Part shown: one piece after another, positions 38,772 to 50,548 of the stretch
How positions within the stretch are numbered: the first letter of the stretch is position 1
Layout of the letters: the number at the start of each line of letters is the position of its first letter
Assembly: GCA_028534125.1 (NCBI GenBank)
Contig: CM052816.1
Location: 4,528,001-4,592,000 of the forward strand
Length of the DNA: 64,000 nt
Direction of reading: 5' to 3'
DNA from: Lama glama
Lineage: Eukaryota
Position numbers and translations under genes: made by a program
Notes under the pieces: generated by a model
What the model was told of the DNA's origin: nothing
The model's input: the letters and a program-made list of their open reading frames with translations, nothing else
The model's database searches: none

Positions 38772-40149
38772 GACAATCTAACTCTGACATAATGAAATAG
38801 AATTTAGTGACTTATTCTATGTCAGGTACCATACTGATCACTGGGCATACAAAGATGATTAAGAAGAGGTCTTTGCTCTCAGTAAACTCAAAGTACAGTT
38901 GGAAATAAAGATGCATTTACCAACAAAAGTGATCTCCTGGCTTAAGCATAGTTGCAGGGCCATTGCCAAAGGAAGGGTGTGTGTATTCCTCCACAGAATG
39001 GGAAGGAAGAAAACTGAGGGAGCCTCAAAGACCTTCCCAGATTTAAGAAGAAGAAACAAAGACCTCAACCTCTCAATGTGAGAAATGTCAGAGAATATGC
39101 AGCTGCATTTTAAAGCTGCCACATTCTTTATACTGTTTATTTTTAAATTTCAGATAACAACAACCAAGGTTGTTTTCTTTTTTTTTTTTTTTCAATCTTC
39201 TAAATTTCCAGACTCTAATTGAAGGTATGTCCCTATGTAGCTTACAGACAGACCTGGGGCTTCTAAGTACAACAGGGAAGAAAAGAGTGACCCAAGGCTC
39301 CCAGTGGACAAAACAGATTTCTCTGGAGCCAAGAACACATATGCATTTGGAGTGAAATGAAGACTGATATTCTGGACACCTACTGCTTCCTTTATAGACC
39401 TCAGGAGCTCCAAGATTAAGCTCTGCAGCACTCCAAATCCTAGGAGAAAAAATCTTGCTAAGACTCAATTTATTGGACACTGACCTTTAATCCATTGAAC
39501 TTTGTATGTGTTCCACAAGTCTCTCAATGTTCTGTTTTAGCTAATTGGTTACCTAGACATGTCTCATCTTCACCTGGGGACTATAAACATGCCTGAGCCT
39601 GGGAGAAGAGGTGCAGAGAAGGAGATGAGTGTGCTTCCCACAGAGACCCATCAGTTTCAACTTCTGAGCAACAAAGGGAGGGAAGGAAAGCCATCTCAGC
39701 AAGGGAACTGAAATGCTAGAAGGAGCTCCCCCACTCCTGGCTGAGTGTGATCCATTCTCTGCACCATCCAATAACTAATTATTCCTTGCTGCAGATCAGC
39801 AAAGGCTGATGGGATTAAAATCATACATCAGCCCTGTGTTTTGGGGGGGAGGAGGGAGGGTGTGGAGCTGGGCGTGTTTCACTACGATGTGCAACATCAT
39901 CAAAAATGAAGGCTTTGGTCAAGTCTCGGGCCCTCCCTATGTCTAGCTCCAGACACCAGTGCTGTGGGTTTGGAGATGTTGACCTTTCAGTTCAAACTTC
40001 AAACCTTTGAAATTGAAGGCAGGTTACAAGTCAGCATCCCTGTCTTTTACAGCAGGCCCTACAAGCCTGGGCTAGAGGAAGAAATAAGAAGGAGAGACGG
40101 TGATCGATCAGTCTTCATCATGGTGGTGAATGAGAGTTAACTAAGTTAA

Positions 40150-40350
40150 TTAAACAGGTACCGTGCAAGCGCCAAACTGTTTCACATGTACCATCTGATT
40201 TGACCCGTGCAACAATCCCATTTAACACATACAGAAACTGAGACGCAGAGGAGGGAAGTAAACTACCCAAAACTGCAGTGTTTGGAAGTGATGGATGCAG
40301 AATTTAAGGTCAGAGAGTCTATGTCTAGAACTGGGACTTTAACCACTAGG
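40150..40350 (-). mobile_element. MIR SINE
   Basis: gaaactgagacgcagagagggaagtaaactacccaa...actttaaccacta. Confidence 0.75.
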
Positions 40351-40654
40351 AAATACTGCTGCTGCTCAGCCACAGATCTGAGACCCCTTCTAGGCACTCC
40401 CAGGGCAATCAGGAAGGGCTGGAGAAGGTAATGCCTAACCTGAATCTTCAGGGTAAGGAGAAGCCAACTACGCTGAGAAAGAGTCAAGGGTGTCACACGG
40501 AGACTATTGCTGGAATAAGCATGTGCAAGGACCTGAAGGCTGCTGAGAGCCAGGATGAAACCTCTAAGTCAGGAATCACGTTTTGTTGCTCACCATGGAA
40601 ACCTTGGGTGCCTGGCATGCGCCCACACACAAGAGCCACGTGAAAAGCCAAGGG

Positions 40655-40900
40655 TGCAGGGGAGTCGAGTCACAAGCATGGACTCTGGAGTCGGACTGCC
40701 GGCGCTGAGCTATGTAGCTTTCAGTGATGGGCGTCATCTCTGTGAGCTTTGGCTTTTCCAGCTGTAAAAATGATAACAGATTCCACCTCCTAGAGCTGTT
40801 GTGAGGGAGGATCAAATGAGATTGCATGAGTGAGATACATACAGAGTCTAGTGCCAGCCTAGAGTCAGAGCTCAAAAAATGGTAATGGTGGCTGCTTATT
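40655..40900 (+). mobile_element. MIR SINE
   Basis: agcatggactctggagtcggactgcc...ctgtaaaaatgataa...ctgttgtgagg...atcaaatgaga. Confidence 0.85.
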
Positions 40901-41739
40901 ATTAGATTTCCAATAAGTCTTTGGCAAGGGAATGAGTGGTTGTTTGTTACTGAGCATGACTTAGACGGATTTCAGTGTGAATCGAGACGGTCAGAGATAA
41001 GTGGTACAAGGGAAAGCCGAGGCCACAGTGGACAGCCCCACTTGGCCAGCTGTCTTCTCCTAATACTCTGTGACCCTACTGGTGATAGTGAGGAGGAGGA
41101 GAGAGGTACCACTTTGCATTTACACCACAATTTACGCTTTACAACATACTGCCTTTTATACATGATTTTATACAATCATGATTTTATACAATCCTTCAAA
41201 CACATACATGACAAATACACGGTGTGTGTGTCTTGTTCCCATTTTGCATACATCTACAGAGACCCTGAGAGTGTAAGTACCTGTAAAAAGTCAACAGGCT
41301 GATAAGTCATAGAAAAGCAAAGCCCAATTATTCTGCCTCCTGGCTCTTTATCCCTCCACGTGGGTAACACAGCTAATGTAGAGACTCTCCAGGAATCTCC
41401 TCAACACCAGAGAATCTGTTTGACAAGCTGGCTGGCTATTCACAAAACCTTGTTTCTTTCCCTCCGGGAATATACCTTTACTGCATTTTCTTTACATTCA
41501 CTACCTTTGTTTTTAAAAAAGTATCTTAAAATGTTTGTTTCTGTCAGAATAGCTGAAAGTTTTCTGTCTTTTGGTTTATGATTATGATAATAATATTCCT
41601 CCTTTTAAGAGCTCATTCAAAATACCTAAATCCTTGAGGAAATTGAACAACAACAACAAAAAACCAGCCTGATCTTTCCAAAGAAAAAATTATTAAAATT
41701 CTTTTGGCTTGATAAATACAAATCATCTCTTCCTGTTCT

Positions 41740-42095
41740 GCTCCAGTGAACATAAATGTACTTCCCGTGTACATTTACGACATCACTCATCTCCCTTGCA
41801 GTGTGACCAGGTAACTTCCCTCTGGTCAACGGATCATGGGCAGAAGCAGTTTGCGGCACTTATAGCTCTGATCCATGAGATCTCTCTCTCCTCCTGTTAG
41901 CAGTAGCATTAGAATTTGAAGATGGCAGATCTAAAGGATGGGAGGAGCCTGGATCCCTACATCTTATCTTTGGACAAAATTGCCCACTGCTCTGGAACAT
42001 CTATTTTGGAAATGACAGGAGCAAGAAATGCATTTCTATTATGCTAAGCCACTAGGGCTTATCTGTTTCAGCAACTAGCATTACCTCAACCAATA
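41740..42095 (+). mobile_element. MaLR LTR (MLT1H/J-like)
   Basis: tgaagatggcagatctaaaggatgggaggagcctggatcc...ttctattatgctaagccact...tttcagcaactagcattacc. Confidence 0.7.
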
Positions 42096-42496
42096 AAGAC
42101 ATGGAAAAAGATATCAGTATTACGAACTCAGACACTCACTAAGACCATCTTCAGAATTCCCAGAGGCCTATACTACAATGAACATTTGCTTCTTTATTAA
42201 AATTACATTATATCCCAACCTTGAAAGCAGGTGGTACCAGGTAAGAATTGCAAGACTGTAATTTCATTTGGAGTAAGAGTTCTAACTACCTTTGTGTCCT
42301 CAGCACGTCCCAGAATACTAGGCATACAGTAGGTGTTCAATAAAGCATGACATAAATAATCATCTTAATAACCATTATCCAAGGAGATGAAAGTCAAATG
42401 GGATTTGAATAATTAGATTTTCCAAATGGAAAGGGGTAATTTTCCATGGGAGGCATCTGACAGAGCAGGAGATCTGCCACAACTGGTGACAGATCG

Positions 42497-42612
42497 TTCA
42501 TTTCTTCAAAGCTATTTACTGAATACCTATTATATGTTTGGCACTATCCCAGGGGGTAATGGTACAACAGAAATAAAACAGACAAGATCTCTGTGTTCGT
42601 GGCTCTTACATT
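42497..42612 (-). mobile_element. L2 3' fragment
   Basis: ttcatttcttcaaagctatttactgaatacctattatatgtttggcact. Confidence 0.75.
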
Positions 42613-43266
42613 TGAAGGGGAGCAGAATATGCCACCCCAGAATATGCCTCTTTAGCACATTAAAGAGAGGAACACAAGCCCAGGACAGTGTCATTTGTGC
42701 CAAAGTCCAGGATACCAAACCTAGATTTAGTATCTGACCTAACTACAGTTTCAATCCTCTCCAGGAATACAATCTTTATCAGCCAGTTTGGAATTTACTG
42801 GTCAGCATCACTGAGGTAATCTGTCTCATGGGCCCTCTTCATTCTCCCTCCAACCTCACCCAAAGAAAGAAGAGGTAATCTGCATGACAGACCTTGCCCT
42901 TTCCCCCAAAAGAAGATGACCTGGCCTGTAACAATCCTTTCTTTTCTTGTGCTAATAGCTTCCTTGCCCCTCCCTCCTTCTGCCTGTAAGCCTCTTCCAC
43001 TGCATACAAGCCCTCTGAGTGTCCTGTTTGCTAGATGGGTTGCTGCCTGATTCAGGAATTACTGAATAAAGCTATTTAGGTCTTTACATCTACTTAGTTG
43101 AATTCAGTTTTTTAACAGGCATAAAGATAATTTTGAGCTGATTGTTTTTTTGAGAACCAGCCTACACAGGAGAAGCTCTGTGAACAGAGTAGAAGTTGCT
43201 CTTCAGTAAGGAAAATTTACATTTATAAAAGAAATCTCCATTTGTAAGGCTATTTCACTCTGTGTA
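42613..43266 (+). mobile_element. ERV1 LTR (MER34-like), interrupted by a second LTR and cut off by the gap
   Basis: tgaaggggagcagaatatgccaccccagaatatgcctcttt, resuming at 43118 ggcataaagataattttgagctg; similar to 48114-48635. Confidence 0.85.
42658..43117 (+). mobile_element. ERV1 solo LTR nested in an LTR
   Basis: gctagatgggttgctgcctgattca...gaataaagc...tttttaaca end; TSD agca/ggca. Confidence 0.75.
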
Positions 43267-43766
43267 NNNNNNNNNNNNNNNNNNNNNNNNNNNNNNNNNN
43301 NNNNNNNNNNNNNNNNNNNNNNNNNNNNNNNNNNNNNNNNNNNNNNNNNNNNNNNNNNNNNNNNNNNNNNNNNNNNNNNNNNNNNNNNNNNNNNNNNNNN
43401 NNNNNNNNNNNNNNNNNNNNNNNNNNNNNNNNNNNNNNNNNNNNNNNNNNNNNNNNNNNNNNNNNNNNNNNNNNNNNNNNNNNNNNNNNNNNNNNNNNNN
43501 NNNNNNNNNNNNNNNNNNNNNNNNNNNNNNNNNNNNNNNNNNNNNNNNNNNNNNNNNNNNNNNNNNNNNNNNNNNNNNNNNNNNNNNNNNNNNNNNNNNN
43601 NNNNNNNNNNNNNNNNNNNNNNNNNNNNNNNNNNNNNNNNNNNNNNNNNNNNNNNNNNNNNNNNNNNNNNNNNNNNNNNNNNNNNNNNNNNNNNNNNNNN
43701 NNNNNNNNNNNNNNNNNNNNNNNNNNNNNNNNNNNNNNNNNNNNNNNNNNNNNNNNNNNNNNNNNN
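43267..43766. other. Assembly gap (500 N)
   Basis: Run of exactly 500 N. Confidence 0.99.
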
Positions 43767-44119
43767 ATGAAGCCTCCTAAGATTCTGATACTCCACTACA
43801 ACTTATTTCCAGAAGTAGGGATCTAAGAAGAATCTACTTTTGAAAAAGAATTTCGTATTTTCATCAGAGATTCTCAAATCATGTTTACTGAATACGATAG
43901 AAACATACACCAAAATATATTAGAATTGCCTACACATTAACTAAGCTGGATAGTCAGGGTGCCAAAGATATAAACTTAATTAATTTAGTCACCAGTAATC
44001 TAATCTAGTGGTGCAGGTAGTCAGATCTGACAAAAATTGGTTCAAAAATGAATTGTTTAATATGAGTTAAATTAGCTTAAGTATTTATTGCACTGAAGGT
44101 GGTCTTCTGGTTCTTTCTG

Positions 44120-44895
44120 ACATTCAGCAATAACCATCAAGTAGCTGTCCTGTGCCAACCAATATTCTAGGCATAAGGGTATGACTGTGAGCAAGATGGA
44201 CAAAAGAATTTGTCCTCACAAAGTTCATATTCTAATGGGAGAGACAGACAAACCAAGATAATTCCAAACCACAAATGAGTTTGTGATAATTAAGGAAATT
44301 AAAGTAATCTGATAGAAAGTAAGGTAGAAGTAGAAGGGAGGCTATTTTAGGTAGTGTGGTTAGGAAGGCTTTTCTAAGGAGATTTTGAGCTAGGACTTAA
44401 AGTAAGTGGGAGGAGCCAGGCAAGAGAGGAATCAGATGAAGAGCATATGGGGAGAGAGAACAACAAATGCAAAGACTGGAAGTAAGAAAGCCTGGCTTGA
44501 CAGAGAAACAGGATGCAAGCCGGTGTGCTTGGAGCAGAGGAGACAAGCAACACAAGATGAATTGGAAAGGAAGCCTGAAGGGGCCGTGGTAAGGAGCTTA
44601 GATTTCACTCCAAGGGCCTTGGGAGCCATTAGAAGAATGTAGGCAGAACAGTAATAGGATCAGAAATGAGCTTTTAAAGTATGATTCTGGCTGTCTGTGT
44701 GGCCCCAGGACCGTGATGAGCCAAGAGTATGAGCCAGGTGACTACTTAGAGGGCTAAGTGGGAGATGATGTTGGTTTGGTAAGGGTGGTGGCAGAGAGGT
44801 GGAAAAACATGAACGGTTTAGATATGCATGTAGGACAGGCTGCAAAATGCTAAAGAAGCCTAAATGCTTTGTTTTCCAGATGCGTGGGTATGAGA
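44120..44895 (-). mobile_element. L2 LINE 3' region
   Basis: ttcatattctaatgggagagacagac...gtggttaggaaggcttttctaagg...tgattctggctg. Confidence 0.8.
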
Positions 44896-45564
44896 AAGTA
44901 AAGACGTCTCCCACTTATGAATGAGGTGTGTCCCAAAGGCTTGTTTATCACTTATTTCAAACTCAGGCCATATTTTCCCACAGGTATGGTGTTAGTATCC
45001 GCTGCAGTTTCATATGAATAATGAATCAGTCTAACATTCATACTTGTAATGGGCAAGAATCTCCCGAAGTTCTGTCCTTTTCTCATTATCTGACCTAATC
45101 TCAAAGCAGAATGGCTTCAAATGGTCTCACATTTGCCTAATGGCTTTTTTGATGTTCTTTTGATTTTTCTGTTGCCCCAACTATTTGCTTTAGAAATAAT
45201 TTTGATTTCCTGTATCACTCTAATAGAAAGTAATCTTGGTAATATATAATATTAAGGCATTTAGGCTCTCTAAAGAGGAATATTAAACTCCTTAGTGATA
45301 TCATAAATCCTAGTGTACCAAGGATCCATCCCCAGAGTAGAAGGTGTCAGAACCATTTTTCAGAGGAAAGGTGGCATCTGAGAAGAAATCAGGAAAAAAA
45401 AAAAACAAACAGTGGTATTTGGGCTCAGAAAATCTTAGGGGATAATTCTTTCTCTGAAGGAGTTTGGATAGGACATGGTATTCATGCTTTACCCAACGGA
45501 TGGATACAACTGGAGAATTTGGCCGGTGAAGTCTTCTAAGACAGTGCTTCTCAAGCTTGAATGT

Positions 45565-47475
45565 ACTGGAACTTCCATCTGGGTCATGGTGGCATACAGG
45601 GACTGGATTTACTCTCCTGTCTTAACTATAAATATGGGCAAACTACACAAAACAACGATATTAAGACACTGGACACCAGGTAGCACAGAACAGGGATCCC
45701 ACAGGAAGGAAAAAAACCCAGGTGAGTCCTATGTATGCCCCGGCAATCATACCCATAAAGGGTTTTGAGACCACAATACAGGAAGGGAGAACTGAAATAG
45801 AACCCACTTGAAGAAACAGATCTGAGAATTTGGGAGGCCAAGGTGGCTAGAATTTGCAGAGCAGAGTACTGGAAAGGAGAGAGCTGCACAGAGAGAGAAA
45901 CCCAGAGATGTGGAGAGGGTGCCTCTCAAGTCTTCAGCATATAACAGTTCTCCCTTATCCACGGGGGTTATGTTCCAAGACCCCAGCGGATGCCTGAAGC
46001 CACAGACAGGACCAATCCTCTATATACTACATTTTTTCCTATACATACATACCTATGATAAAGTTTAATTTATAGATTATGTACAGTAAGAAAATATCTG
46101 AATTACCTGCACCACTACTTCTACGCTTTGGGCCATTTTTAAGTAAAATAAAGGTTATATGAACACAAGCACGGTGATACCGTGACAGTAGATCTGATAA
46201 CTGAGATGGCTACTAAGTGACTAATGATCAAGTAGCTATACAGTGTGGACAAAGGGGTGATTCATGTCCTGGGTGGGATGGAGCAAGACAACTCAAGAGT
46301 TTATCATGCTGTGCTAAACAATGCGCAATTTAAAGCTCATGAATTGTTTAATTGTTTATTTCTCAAATCTTCCTCTGAATATTTTTGGAATACAGTTGAC
46401 CACAGGTAACTGAACCAAAGAAAGCAAAACTGTGGATAAGGGGGCACTACTGTACAAGTCAAAACAAAAACAAAACCAAAAAACAAACAAACAAACAAAA
46501 ACTGGGAGAAAGGAAATGGAATAATCCCTGGAGCCCACAGAGACTGGTCACAGTTTGTTTCCACCAGCCAAAGCAGGAAAAATCTTGGAACACATGGGAC
46601 ATCATAAAGAGTTCTTAGAAAAGGAATGACTCTGAGGATGTAAAACAAAATTAGCCCTAGGCTGAAGGCTACTCTTGACCCTGCAAAGCTTATTAAAAAT
46701 TAGCCTTGAAAGGATCATACTGTTTCTAAATACATTATGTCCCAAAACAAAGTATATGAATATTTAAAGGAATATGAAAATCCTACCAATAAGGTAAAAT
46801 CTATAATGTCTAACATCTAATAAAAAAGTCTAGGTGGGCAATTTAGCAGGTAAATAGTACCTATAATGAGGAGAGAAAATCAATCAATAGAAATACCCTC
46901 AGCAGTTACATAGATGACAGAATGAGCAGATCGGGACATCAAAATAGTTATTATAAATCTCTTCCATATGTTGAAGAAGGTAGAAGAAAGCAAGAACATA
47001 TTAAAGGAGAGACACAAAATACATACACTTTAAAAAACATCCAAACTGCAACTTCTAGAGATGAAAAATGCAATAATTGAGGTGAAGAAATATACCTGAT
47101 AGTATTAATAGTGGATTAGACATAGTTGAAGAAAACATGAGCAAATTTGAAGACACAGAAATAGAAAGTATCCAAAATGAAATACAGAGAAAAAAATTAC
47201 TGCAAAAAAATGAGCAGGGCATCAATAAATTGTGGGAAAGCTTTACATGGATTAACATAAATGTAATTTAGGATCTTGAAAGGGAAGAAGAAAAGAGATG
47301 TAAAAATATATATATTTGAGGAAATAATAGCTAAAAATTTTCCAAATGTGCTGTTCCAAAAAGCTCAGTGAACTCCAAGCTCAAGAAACAGGAAGAAAAC
47401 TACACCAAGGAATTCATAATAAAACTGCTTAAAATCAGTGGTTCAGAAAAAAAAATTCTAAAACAGCCATGAAAA
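45565..47475 (+). mobile_element. Old LINE-1 5' UTR + partial ORF1, 3'-truncated, bounded by a TSD
   Basis: L1MC/MD-like 5' UTR (ggaacttcc...caaggtggctagaatttgcagagcagagtactgg); ORF1 remnant ending near the KILKAAREK-like motif; TSD aagcttgaatgt (45553-45564) / aaacttcaatgt (47476-47487). Confidence 0.78.
45942..46452 (-). mobile_element. MER44-like Tigger element
   Basis: TIRs cagttctcccttatccac / gtggataagggggcactactg, TA flanks. Confidence 0.88.
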
Positions 47476-47849
47476 AAACTTCAATGTGAAAACAAATTAC
47501 TTGGTCGTCTGTTAAAATGCAGGTTCTGACTCAGTAGGTCTGGGTAGGGTCTGAGATTCTGACTGTCTAATAAATTCTAATAAGGTGACCCCAGTGCTGC
47601 TAGTTTGATAATCACAATTTTGAGAAGTAAATTCTTAAGATTCCAATAGCCAAACTGTTTTGATTTTCTAGTTAACCCAAGACACCAAAAGATTCACAAT
47701 GAAAGTGATGAGATGGTTCCAGGGAAGCAAAACAATGTTTGGATTTCCATCCAGGTTCATACTATACATTCATAGGAAACTACATCAAGACCTCATCTTT
47801 TAAAATTTACCTTAAATTCCTTTTGCAAAGCATACTAGATGGTTTTTTG

Positions 47850-48825
47850 GCTGCCTGACAATCATCTCTTCTTATCTGGTAATTTTACTTTAATTTCCTT
47901 TTGAAATTTTATTCCCTTATTCACACCCAGGTTACATACTTAAAGCAGGGATTTCCTCCAAACTCATAGGATGGATTCTATAACCCAGCCATAGCTAATC
48001 GAGTCACTATGGCTCAAAAGAGAGATTACTTTTCCACGTGAACCTGAAAGAAGGTCAACTGAACCTACAGAATGAACTTACCTCCTTTGGAGGAGAAAGA
48101 GTAAGAATAGAGTTGTAAGGGAGCAGAATTTACCATCCCCAAATATGTCTCTTTGGCATATTAATTATTTTAAGCTGATTATTTTCTTAGAAAATAGACA
48201 TAGGAAAAACTCTGAAAACCAAGGAGGAGTTACACTTCTGTAAGAAACATTTACATTTGTAAGGGAAATCATTTCTGAGAATATCTCCTTCTCTACAGGA
48301 AGAGGAAGAGGACTTAATCTCTAGAAACTCTTGTCAATGGAGAAGGCAATGACTTAAATCTGCTTAACAACTTTACCCTTGTTTACTATGCTTTTCCTGG
48401 TAACCTCCCATACCTGACTCTTCCTACTGCCAACATCCCCTTTAGCTGAGGATGATATGCAAGGTGAGGACTCTGGCCATTTAATTGAGTTACTCAGTTT
48501 TTCTGAGTCACTCCCACGTATACCTGCTGCTAAAAGTTTGTTTGATTTTCTCTTGTTAATCTGTCTCATATCAATGTAATTCTTAGACCAGTCAGAAAAA
48601 CCTACAAAAGTAGAGAAAAATTTTTCTCCCAAACATAATCCAAACAGAGGAAACAAAGCCAAGAGAAAGAGAGAAAAACTAGATTCCAGTATGCCATGCT
48701 AACCCCTACTTCCTGCCATTACTGAAGTCAGATCCACACCAGGATTCTTTGGGTACACAGCTAGTGCCTCTTTTTAAAAGCAAGTTTGACTAATTTTTTT
48801 TCCCCCACAGAAACAACACTAACAG
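47850..48825 (+). mobile_element. Old MaLR LTR, split by an ERV1 LTR
   Basis: tggctgcctgacaatcatct... left of the ERV1 LTR; cagaggaaacaaagccaagagaaagagagaaaaact...ttaaaagcaagtttga right of it. Confidence 0.55.
48114..48635 (+). mobile_element. ERV1 solo LTR (MER34-like)
   Basis: tgtaagggagcagaatttaccatccccaaatatgtctctttggcata...tcttgttaatctgtctcat...ttttctcccaaaca; TG...CA termini. Confidence 0.88.
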
Positions 48826-49236
48826 AAACCAAAAGCATGAGTTAAGTAAGCTTTTGTGACCTATCCCAGGAATCTCATCACAATTTATAACACAATTTCT
48901 ATTAATGATCACGAGTTTCAAATCAAATCTCAGTATTCTTAGAAACATCTCCAACTACTTGCTGTTACAGTATTTGTGCATAGAGGAGAAATTAGATTCT
49001 GCCTGGCTGAGTCAGAGTGGTTTGCCAAAGAGTCCCTGAAACTGTGAGCCTACCCGAACACTCAGTAATTTGTGTCTCAGAATATTCCTAAAAGTAGATG
49101 TCAAAGAGATCTGGCAAACAAAGAAAAAGAGAAGCATAAACACCATGTACATAAACATCTTGACTTGGAAAGAGGATGCTCATTAACCAAGACAATGAGC
49201 AGCTGATTTGTGCTTGCTTACTTACTTGCTTTTGTT

Positions 49237-49240
<4 letters not shown>

Positions 49241-49276
<36 letters not shown>
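49241..49276. repeat. (CA)18 microsatellite
   Basis: Read directly. Confidence 0.97.
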
Positions 49277-49278
<2 letters not shown>

Positions 49279-49324
49279 TTACACTGAAATAAAATTAGAG
49301 TCCTAGATAATTCCAAGAAGATAT

Positions 49325-49898
49325 TGTAGGGGAACAGAATCTGCCACTCCCAAATATGTCTCTTCTGCATGAGGATTAATTTAGGCTGATTATTTTTAAG
49401 AAACAGAAGACTCAGAAACTTTTCCTTTTTAGCTTCCCCTTAGCTGCCTAAAGAATTTAGATAAAGGGTCTGTTCCCAGAATAGAGCTATCACTAGAGAT
49501 ATATGCAAGGAATATGGGCTACATGCGGTGGAGGAAACTCAGCAGAGCTTAAAGATCACAGTCTGTGTCCCGTTGTCTCTGCATGGCCCGGCCAACATTT
49601 ATTTGCCAAATATTTGCTTTGCCATCTCCATGCAAATTGCCTTTCTCCCCTTTGAATTCCCAAACCATTACCCACCCTCCACCCCCACCAACAATCGCTT
49701 TTGTCTTTAGCTAAAAATGGTACTAAAGGTGAGGGGTCTGGCCATTTCAGTGAGTTATTCCGTTTTTCTGGGTCTCTCCCATGTGCATATATTAAACTTT
49801 TGTTTGATTTTCTCCTGTTAATCTATCTTATGTCAATTTAATTCTTAAACCAGACAGAGGAACCTAGAAGAGAAGAGGAAAATTTCTTCCACTTGACA
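49325..49898 (+). mobile_element. ERV1 solo LTR (MER34/MER39-like)
   Basis: tgtaggggaacagaatctgccactcccaaatatg...attaaac...cctagaagagaagaggaaaatttcttccacttgaca; TG...CA termini. Confidence 0.88.
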
Positions 49899-50123
49899 AT
49901 TGAAAATTTTAAATTAAATATCACGCATTTCTATGAGCAAAACCATAGGATACATCTAATGGAAGAAGTATTCAGGGAAGTTACTCTCATACTCTCTGGG
50001 GCTCAAATTCCATATTTTAGAGGGACTGAGTCAGATAATCTTTTCTTTTAGATCTAAGTTTCTATAATTCTGTTGAGAAATAGTGACTAATTAAGGTTAC
50101 CAAAGCCTGAAACAATTAAAACC

Positions 50124-50548
50124 TGTCAACTGAAAAAAAAAAAAAAAAGCACATAGTGGAGGACATAATGAGGACTCAAGCCCAAGAGACAGCCTCTCAG
50201 CTCTGAGGGACTGCTCCCGAGAGGTAAGGGAGGAGCCAGGGTATACAGGAGTTTTTGTAACAAAAACCAGGTAGTCAGAACATCAAAAGGTTATTGTTAA
50301 AGAAAAAACAGACATCTCGAGTTAATGAATCTGGTGGCACTTTTCTATGTATGGGAAGATTTAAGAGTCTGGGCTCACTGAAATCATTCCTCTCAATATA
50401 CCTTGGCTATCTAAGGCCAGTATCCTGTTTTTTTTCCCATCCTCCATCCCCTCAGGGTGCACAGTCTGGGCCAGCTGCAGTGGCTGATGGCTTGAGGGCC
50501 ACAACATCCTTTGTTCACTGATATGGCAGGTGACTGTCTTCATCCACA
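50124..50548 (-). mobile_element. ERV1 solo LTR (MER41-like)
   Basis: tgtcaactgaaaa...gaggactcaagccc...cagcctctcagctctgagggactgctcc...tatgggaaga...gagtctgggctcactgaaatcattcc...ccaca. Confidence 0.8.

Larger units (their letters stand above)
45542..47632 (+). mobile_element. MER5A-type hAT MITE split by an L1 insertion (pieces 45542-45564 and 47488-47632)
   Basis: cagtgcttctcaagcttg, later resuming with ctgttaaaatgcaggttctgactcagtaggtctggg...tgctgctag...tttgagaa. Confidence 0.8.

Noticed and set aside
48114..49898. Two same-strand LTRs as a mini-provirus
   Set aside because: They differ internally (different subfamilies), there is no primer-binding site, and the 690-bp spacer is MaLR remnant, unique DNA and (CA)n with no gag/pol/env.
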